6,285 nt of DNA, from assembly GCA_033442325.1 (NCBI GenBank), contig JAWQFM010000044.1, forward strand, positions 1 to 6,285, written 5' to 3'. The notes below the pieces were generated by a model. It did not search any database. It saw nothing but the letters and a program-made list of their open reading frames with translations, and was not told the DNA's origin. Source of the DNA: Salpingoeca rosetta (Eukaryota; Protista; Choanoflagellata). The translations under genes and the position numbers were made by a program. How positions within the stretch are numbered: the first letter of the stretch is position 1; each line of letters opens with the position of its first letter. Below are positions 1 to 5,985 of this stretch, in pieces.

Positions 1-274
1 GGTTGCTCGATGTTCCATGCTCTTGCATAGCACACCACATAACCACACAACTCTCAACAAACACTGCCACGTCACCACTTTGCGTTGTCGACAATTCTTG
101 TCTTCTGCTCTGTTTCTTTTTGTTGGAGTATTCATTCATCGTACATCCTTGTTTGCTTCACAACTCAAGTAAACACACACAACTCACTCTTGCCAAGACA
201 ATCTCCCACACAACACACAGCACACACAGCACACACACACAAGTCTCCAACAGCACCAGCATGAGTATTCAACA
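1..274 (+). repeat. Copia LTR family A, partial copy (alpha-type 3' end ...CATGAGTATTCAACA); 5' part lies outside the window
   Basis: Near-identical to 579-850 (offset 578) and to the reverse complement of 5556-5826; ends in CAACA at 270-274. Confidence 0.9.
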
Positions 275-419
275 CTTGCGGCGTGCAGACGCACTGCCCA
301 GCTGAGCTGGCTCGAAAAGATGTGGAAGGAAGCCAAAGCACGCGCCGGTACCATGCTCGACCCAAAACGCTTCGCTCAAATTGAGGCCTCACTCCGCTCT
401 CTTTTGCTGATCGTATGAG
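275..419 (+). repeat. 145-bp inter-LTR spacer of the tandem array
   Basis: Sits exactly between CAACA (274) and TGTTG (420); its reverse complement is at 5411-5555 and a degraded copy at 5986-6126. No PBS at its start and no polypurine tract at its end. Confidence 0.9.
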
Positions 420-529
420 TGTTGACAGGCAAGCCCACTCTGCTCAAATCATATCATTGACCTTCGGTTGACCTCCCTGCTTCACGACACCACAAACATG
501 CATTCACCTCTCTTGTGTTCTGGAATGTT

Positions 530-562
530 CACGTGATTTCCCTCCAACCTGTTGCACGTGCA
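530..562 (+). promoter_or_regulatory. Paired CACGTG E-box/G-box palindromes in the putative U3 of LTR-A
   Basis: CACGTG at 530-535 and TGCACGTGCA at 553-562, conserved in all four complete LTR-A copies. Function is inferred only. Confidence 0.4.
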
Positions 563-705
563 GTGTTTAGCTTTGTGTGGTTGCTCGATGTTCCATGCTC
601 TTGCATAGCACACCACATAACCACACAACTCTCAACAAACACTGCCACGTCACCACTTTGCGTTGTCGACAATTCTTGTCTTCTGCTCTGTTTCTTTCTG
701 TTAGA

Positions 706-752
706 GTGTTCATTCATCCTACATCCTTGTTTGCTTCACAACTCAAGTAAAC
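706..752 (+). promoter_or_regulatory. Conserved LTR module: GTGTTCATTCATCC (initiator-like TCATTC) followed 26 nt later by AGTAAA (candidate polyadenylation signal)
   Basis: The same 14-mer and AGTAAAC occur with 28-nt spacing in the otherwise unalignable LTR-B (3384-3371 and 3342-3336, minus). Confidence 0.5.
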
Positions 753-964
753 ACACACAACTCACTCTTGCCAAGACAATCTCCCACACAACACACACAC
801 ACACACACACAAGTCTCCAACAACAGCACCACCACCATGAACTTGCAACATCAATAGCATCATCAGCGCGAATATACACTTTGCTTTGTACTTGTTACAT
901 TAGAGTAAACACACGACCAAACGCATACGACCGGGTAGTCCCGACCACACCGGCTCAGAAACCT

Positions 965-1060
965 CGAACACGCATATACACACGCACATACGCACATACG
1001 CACACACACACACACACACCACACACACACACACAAACACCACACATACACACAGAACAT
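965..1060. repeat. Imperfect (CA)n-rich low-complexity tract downstream of the transposase stop
   Basis: Runs such as cacacacacacacacacacc and acacacacacacacaaacac. Confidence 0.85.
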
Positions 1061-1344
1061 CTAACCTTGACAAACAGAAACGCTGCACTTCATTGTGACA
1101 TGAAGCGTTCCAATGTGGGTGGGACTACTCCAAACCGACGGGAGATCGAATTCCCGTACAAGCACGTCAAACAGTTCTCAAACAAACATGCACACGTTAT
1201 GTCCGCCGCAATAGGGCTGTGTTCGATACGAAGGCCAGGGGGATACTTGAGGAACTTCCAATGCACCTTCAATACTTCATGCATAGGCATCCAACAAAAC
1301 CAGACGTGGGGTGCACAGGTGACGTGTGCGAAAGCTGAGTTCAC

Positions 1345-1482
1345 GCACGCACACAAACGCACACACACACACACACGCACACACATAGACACACGCACGC
1401 ACACACGCACGCACGCACACAGGCACACGCACAAAAACGCACACACGCACGAAGACGCACACACACAGAGACGCATACACAC
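1345..1482. repeat. (CA/CG)-rich microsatellite-like tract inside the last transposase intron (1275-1486)
   Basis: cacgcacacaaacgcacacacacac... pattern between donor GTAAGT (1486) and the acceptor. Confidence 0.85.
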
Positions 1483-2653
1483 TTACGGCCAATGCTCCAC
1501 TCAACAGACACCCTGAGCGAGCTCAATCGTCGCCTGCGTTCAAATGCTGCCGTTCCCTCTTCGAGCTGCTTCTGAAGAGGCCAAACGTTCTTGTCGGTGG
1601 CATATGCGGAGTCGCCGAGAAGGGCACAACGGCCACGCAACTTCCGCACAATCCTACTTCGGCGAAGCTGTTTGGAGTCATGCCACCGACCTGGATACGG
1701 TCCTGGCATAGCCCCAATCATGCCTGATGGCAAAGTCAGAACTTGGTATCGCAAGCAATGGAGTTTCTTGTACCTGCAGGCAAGGGACATCACGAGACTC
1801 AGTGTGACTGGCAAGGGGATCATCTCATGACAGTGTAACAAGCACACGAGGAAGAATTTACTCACCCAGAGTAACTGGCGTGGTTGTGATGTCCCGGTCG
1901 AGCAATAGCTGCCATTGAAGTGTCAATGCATGTGCAGGGAAGAGGTGTGTGATCAGCATAAATGGGGTTATGTTGACAGCCACTGCACCAAGCGCAACAG
2001 ACGTGAGCACCCGGCACAAACCCTCACCAACGATGGTCCCGTCAATAAACCCAATGATGCGCCTTTTCATGCTGTCAGTTGGTGGACCGCCATGCACACC
2101 CTCAATTGCACGAATGTACTTTGCCAGCCACGGGACTGTAAACAGTGAGTCGCAGAAGTACACCTGCAGCAAATGGTACACATGGTCCTAGCAACCACGT
2201 TGAAATCAGCATGCTACCATGCCTGCGTGAGTTCATGTGCTCATGTGGCACCCACCTACACACGCCACCCACACATACACACACACATGCATAGACACAC
2301 ACTGACCTTCCGATGAAACGGTGTGGCGAGATCAACCGCAATCTCTTTCAACGCCTGGCTGAGCTTGGAGAGTGGCCAGTCCAAATAGAATATCTGGAGA
2401 AGGTCAACCAATCGACAAGGAAAGGCCAAGCGCCTCAGCAGCAGCGCAAAGGCAACAAAGCCTTCAACGCTTGGAGAAGTGCATGAATGTTGAGAACTCA
2501 TTCACATGCATGCCACGCAGCGTGTGATTCAAACACAGCCACGCACTCTCACCGATTGCGATATTTGATACCGTAGAAGTCATTCAGTCGCAACGAACGG
2601 GCCACACGCTGCATGTCTTTGAGTGACTGAAAGCTTCGAAATGTCAACGCAGG

Positions 2654-3095
2654 TGTTGACAGGCAAGTCCTGTCTGCTGAGTCATCATTGACCTCCCTTC
2701 TTCACGACACCACAAATTTGCATTCACCTTTCTTGTGTTCTGGAATGTTCACGTGATTTCCCTCCAACCTGTTGCACGTGCAGTGTTTAGCTTGTGTGTT
2801 TGCTCGATGTTACATGCTCTTGCATAACACACCACATAACCACACAACTCTCAACAAACACTGCCACGTCACCACTTTGCGTTGTCGACAATTCTTGTCT
2901 TCTGCTCTGTTTCTTTCTGTTGGAGTGTTCATTCATCCTACATCCTTGTTTGCTTCACAACTCAAGTAAACACACACAACTCACTCTTGCCAAGACAATC
3001 TCCCACACAACACACAGCACACACAGCACACACAGCACACACAGCACACACACACAAGTCTCCAACAACAGCACCACCACCATGAACTTACAACA
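2654..3095 (+). mobile_element. Solo copia LTR family A (442 bp) with 5-bp target-site duplication GCAGG, inside a transposase intron and antisense to the gene
   Basis: GCAGG at 2649-2653 and 3096-3100 flank TGTTG...CAACA. Removing the LTR plus one TSD leaves an 85-nt intron (GTGAGA...AAG), similar in size to the neighbouring introns. Confidence 0.96.
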
Positions 3096-3217
3096 GCAGG
3101 ATCATGCAGCGTGAGGGATTCAGTACATGGGTGTTCGAGGAAGGCAGGTTGCTGAAGTATCTCACCGAAAGTGAAGCGCGATCTGTCGATCTGTGAAGCA
3201 CTCGAGGTGGAGGTTAC

Positions 3218-3232
3218 TGTTGACAGGCAAGT
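3218..3232 (+). mobile_element. 15-bp 5' stub of an LTR-A insertion that truncates the transposase exon
   Basis: TGTTGACAGGCAAGT is identical to 2654-2668. Transposase-like coding sequence stops exactly at 3217 and LTR-B begins at 3233. Confidence 0.85.
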
Positions 3233-3621
3233 TGTGACATGTCGAACGCAAGACAAGCAGAGGATGTGCGTGTGTTTGTGTGTGTGCGTGCGTTAGCGTA
3301 GTGGTATGCTCACTTGTCTGCGTGTGTTTGTGTGGGTTTACTGTGTGATGTGGAAGTCAGACGGGAACAAGGATGAATGAACACAAGTGAAGCACTCCCG
3401 CATTGTGGCAGAAACAACAAAGAGATTGGACGAAGAACAACACGCAAACATGTGCAATACCGCACTTTGTGTGGAAGCAACACACAGCTTGAACGAAGAA
3501 AACAGAAGTAATACAACCACAACAGAACCGGTTGGATCGCAGAACTATTCATGCTGTCTCCAGCTTTCCGGACATAAGCAAACACATCCACATGCACATG
3601 ACACGGACTCGTCTCTCCACA
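3233..3621 (-). mobile_element. Putative second LTR family B, 389 bp, solo and without matching TSD
   Basis: Minus strand reads TGTGGAGAG...ATGTCACA (TGTG/CACA termini). Protease coding ends abruptly at 3622. It shares GTGTTCATTCATCC, a downstream AGTAAAC, a CA-rich tail and a near-terminal ATG with LTR-A. Flanks are CAAGT and GATGT. Confidence 0.72.
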
Positions 3622-3794
3622 GATGTAGCTGGTGAGGAGGGAGGCGTCGCTGGTGATGTGCGCCGTGGCACCGCTGTCAGCGAGCCACAGCTGTGGTGGC
3701 ACTGGTCCGATGGCGTGGCCCTCCTCCTCGTCCTCGGGCTGCAGCATGAGGGCATCGTGGTGGATGGCGAAGGTCTCCACGCGCTGAGGGCCGT
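3622..3794 (-). pseudogene. pol: Copia aspartic protease N-terminal fragment
   Basis: ...PQLWLADSGATAHITSDASLLTSYI (DSG at 3678-3670), in the same frame as gag, cut by LTR-B at 3621. Confidence 0.9.
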
Positions 3795-3915
3795 TGTGCC
3801 ATGTCGAACGCAAGACAAGCAGAGGATGTACGTGTGTTTGTGTGTGCGTGCGTTAGCGTAGTGGTATGCTCACTTGTCTGCGTGTGTTTGTGTGGGTTTA
3901 CTGTGTGATGTGGAA
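3795..3915 (-). mobile_element. 121-bp 3' fragment of LTR-B inserted between gag and protease, with imperfect 5-bp TSD GCCGT/GACGT
   Basis: Nearly identical to 3233-3355 (two substitutions and one TG unit differ). Flanks are 3790-3794 GCCGT and 3916-3920 GACGT. Removing 126 bp restores an open frame ...KRYHGPQRVETF... Confidence 0.8.
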
Positions 3916-4986
3916 GACGTGGTAGCGCTTGGCCGCCTGCAGCTTGCGGCACTGCTGCGCGCAGTGGCCGCGGAAGTTGCAGAACGCGCAAGTCACGCGC
4001 TCTGCAGGTGGACAGCATGGTCCACCGCTCGTGTCGGAGGGCGACGTGCCAGCGTGCATCGGCGATGCAGCGAAGGAGCCAGCGCTTGGTCCGCCGATGG
4101 CGAGCACGGGCGTGCGCTTCTTGGGACGATGCAGGCGGCGCTCTTCCTGGATGAGGTCCGCCGTCATCTTGGACAGCGATGGCGGCGGGTCCTCGCGCTC
4201 CATGAACCGCATCGCCACATCAAACTCTGCGGGGAGTTCGTTGCGGACGAGGGTGCGCAGGTCGTCCTCCGGGATGGACACGCCGGCAGCGAGGAGCTGC
4301 GAGTTGATGTCCGTGATGCGGGACATGAACGTGTCGACGGTGTCCGTGGGCAACCAGGTGGTCGAGGAGAGCTGCTGCCTGAGGCGGCTGACGTGGTCCT
4401 TGCCGCTGCGGATGTAGCGCTCGCGGAGGCGGCGCAGCGCAAGCACACCGGAGCGGCCACGGTTGTCGGTGATGGCCAGCCGCAGCGGGTGTCCCGTCAG
4501 GACGCCAAGGAGGAACGCGAAGATGGCTGCGTCAACCTGTGGATCACGGGGATCCAGCAGGCCAGAGGCTGGGGACGCCACCTGCACTCCTCCGCTCGGA
4601 GTGGCGGAAGAAGGGAGAGAGGAAGAGGAGGAAGATGGCTGAGCGCCGTGGTCGTCGCCATCGCCCTCGTCGTCGTCATCGTCGTCGTGGTCCCCGGCGT
4701 CATGGCGGACGCCAGTGCGGCGAGGGCCGCGTTGAGCGCGGGAGCGAGTGCGGGGACCCGAAGCACCGTGGGCGCTTGGGCTCGGCGATGAGGCAGCTGC
4801 TGGAGCCTGCCCGTCTCCTTGGTGGTCAGCACCACCCTCGGCGATGATGCCAGCGTCGATGCCAGCGGCGATGAGCTTGGCCTCGACGGTGATGAAGAAG
4901 AGGTTGGCATCCTGCTCAGCGCCAGCGAAGACCTTGATACCGTCTGCGCTAATTGAGCTGGGTCTCATAATCTGTTGCAAGTTCAT
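3898..4986 (-). CDS. gag: Ty1/copia Gag (UBN2/Retrotran_gag_2-like capsid region plus CX2CX4HX4C zinc knuckle), 362 aa; the present stop is supplied by the LTR-B fragment
   Basis: LRRLRERY...RLRQQL...TVDTFMSRITDINSQLLAAGVSIPEDDL...NELPAEFD resembles copia Gag. CAFCNFRGHCAQQC lies at 3990-3949. The ATG is 14 nt inside the LTR, and third codon positions are strongly GC-rich. Confidence 0.92.
   Translation of the reverse strand: MNLQQIMRPSSISADGIKVFAGAEQDANLFFITVEAKLIAAGIDAGIIAEGGADHQGDGQAPAAASSPSPSAHGASGPRTRSRAQRGPRRTGVRHDAGDHDDDDDDEGDGDDHGAQPSSSSSSLPSSATPSGGVQVASPASGLLDPRDPQVDAAIFAFLLGVLTGHPLRLAITDNRGRSGVLALRRLRERYIRSGKDHVSRLRQQLSSTTWLPTDTVDTFMSRITDINSQLLAAGVSIPEDDLRTLVRNELPAEFDVAMRFMEREDPPPSLSKMTADLIQEERRLHRPKKRTPVLAIGGPSAGSFAASPMHAGTSPSDTSGGPCCPPAERVTCAFCNFRGHCAQQCRKLQAAKRYHVFHITQ
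4958..4972 (-). promoter_or_regulatory. Primer-binding site GATTATGAGACCCAG, complementary to a tRNA-Met anticodon arm (half-tRNA priming type)
   Basis: Directly abuts the LTR end CAACA, lacks the TGG of 3'-CCA priming, and resembles copia/Ty5-type GGTTATG(G/A)GCCC sites. Confidence 0.8.
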
Positions 4987-5410
4987 GGTGGTGGTGCTGT
5001 TGTTGGAGACTTGTGTGTGTGTGTGTGTGTGCTGTGTGTTGTGTGGGAGATTGGCTTGGCAAGAGGAAGTTGTGTGTGTTTACTTGAGTTGTGAAGCAAG
5101 CAAGGATGTAGGATGAATGAACACTCCAACAGAAAGAAACAGAGCACAAGACAAGAATTGTCGACAACGCAAAGTGGTGACGTGGCAGTGTTTGTTGAGA
5201 GTTGTGTGGTTATGTGGTGTGCTATGCAAGAGCATGGAACATCGAGCAACCACACAAAGCTAAACACTGCACGTGCAACAGGTTGGAGGGAAATCACGTG
5301 AACATTCCAGAACACAAGAGAGGTGAATGTGAATTTGTGGTGTCGTGAAGAAGGGAGGTCAACCGAAGGTCAATGATATGATTTGAGCAGAGTGGGCTTG
5401 CCTGTCAACA
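4973..5410 (-). mobile_element. Copia LTR family A, 438 bp, 5' LTR of the truncated element
   Basis: Reverse complement of 420-850 with a few substitutions; followed by the PBS and gag. Confidence 0.95.
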
Positions 5411-5555
5411 CTCATACGATCAGCAAAAGAGAGCGGAGTGAGGCCTCAATTTGAGCGAAGCGTTTTGGGTCGAGCATGGTACCGGCGCGTGCTTTGGCTT
5501 CCTTCCACATCTTTTCGAGCCAGCTCAGCTGGGCAGTGCGTCTGCACGCCGCAAG
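5411..5555 (-). repeat. 145-bp inter-LTR spacer, second copy
   Basis: Reverse complement of 275-419. Confidence 0.92.
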
Positions 5556-5985
5556 TGTTGAATACTCATGCTGGTGCTTGGAGACTTGTGTGTGTGTGTG
5601 TGTGTGCTGTGTGTTGTGTGGGAGATTGTCTTGGCAAGAGTGAGTTGTGTGTGTTTACTTGAGTTGTGAAGCAAACAAGGATGTACGATGAATGAATACT
5701 CCAACAAAAAGAAACAGAGCAGAAGACAAGAATTGTCGACAACGCAAAGTGGCGACGTGGCAGTGTTTGTTGAGAGTTGTGTGGTTATGTGGTGTGCTAT
5801 GCAAGAGCATGGAACATCGAGCAACCACACAAAGCTAAACACTGCACGTGCAACAGGTTGGAGGGAAATCACGTGAACATTCCAGAACACAAGAGAGGTG
5901 AATGCATGTTTGTGGTGTCGTGAAGCAGGGAGGTCAACCGAAGGTCTATGATATGTTTTGAGCAGAGTGGTCTTTCCTGTCAACA
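5556..5985 (-). mobile_element. Copia LTR family A, 430 bp, alpha-type array copy
   Basis: Plus strand runs from TGTTG (5556) to CAACA (5985) and shares diagnostic alleles with 1-274. Confidence 0.92.

Larger units (their letters stand above)
420..850 (+). mobile_element. Copia LTR family A, complete 431-bp copy
   Basis: TGTTGACAGGCAAG...ATGAACTTGCAACA; the termini are defined by the TSD-flanked solo copy at 2654-3095. Flanks ATGAG/TCAAT do not match and no PBS follows. Confidence 0.92.
1090..3217 (-). pseudogene. PIF/Harbinger-superfamily (DDE_Tnp_4-like) transposase, spliced and 5'-truncated. Predicted exons (minus): 3217-3166, 2633-2553, 2469-2307, 2163-2028, 1908-1866, 1773-1487, 1274-1090; about 314 aa remain
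   Basis: Manual splicing at GT..AG gives one stop-free frame with family motifs in order: [125 protein letters not shown]-stop (TGA at 1092-1090). Catalytic D (IDGT), D (GDSAY) and E (VEW) are present. Donors: GTGAGA, GTGAGA, GTCAGT, GTGAGG, GTGAGT, GTAAGT. The acceptors of the last exon and of exon 2163 have in-frame alternatives. Confidence 0.9.
3622..5410 (-). mobile_element. Truncated Ty1/copia retrotransposon (5' LTR, PBS, gag, start of protease); integrase, RT/RNase H and 3' LTR are missing
   Basis: LTR 5410-4973, PBS directly after CAACA, Gag with CCHC knuckle, and copia-type protease motif WLADSGATAHIT. Confidence 0.93.

Noticed and set aside
1-850. TRIM (LTR-short internal-LTR) or CRISPR-like repeat/spacer array
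   Set aside because: The spacer lacks a PBS and PPT and there is no TSD. Repeats are ~430 bp, spacers are identical, and the context is eukaryotic with no cas genes.
851-965. Possible 3' terminal inverted repeat of the Harbinger element near TTAGAGTAAAC (~900)
   Set aside because: No partner end is present because the 5' part is lost, so it cannot be supported from this window.
515-1516. 333-aa ORF and the related ORFs at 3-305, 2794-3114, 4983-5315 and 5525-6139
   Set aside because: They are translations of LTR and CA-repeat sequence (His/Thr runs), mostly from non-ATG starts, with no recognisable domain.
2634-3217. Solo LTR interrupting one continuous exon (frame VTSTSS...LHDPALTFRSF)
   Set aside because: That frame is open, but splicing 3165-2634 in another frame yields the family FRF motif with canonical GT-AG and a typical intron size.
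3349-3621. 273-bp element bounded by TGTGGA...TCCACA inverted ends
   Set aside because: There is no 4-6 bp TSD, and LTR-like features (AGTAAA, CA tract, terminal ATG) continue to 3233, where the LTR-A stub ends precisely.
3785-3901. Apparent intron between gag and protease (GTAAAC or GTGAGC donor, GCTAAC branch, pyrimidine tract, CAG) regulating Gag versus Gag-Pol
   Set aside because: The first donor is out of phase with the acceptor, and the second lies after the TAA stop. The segment is better explained as an LTR-B fragment with a near-TSD whose removal restores the frame.
3874-4791. 305-aa plus-strand ORF and other ORFs overlapping gag
   Set aside because: These are antisense or alternate-frame shadows of GC-rich gag coding sequence.
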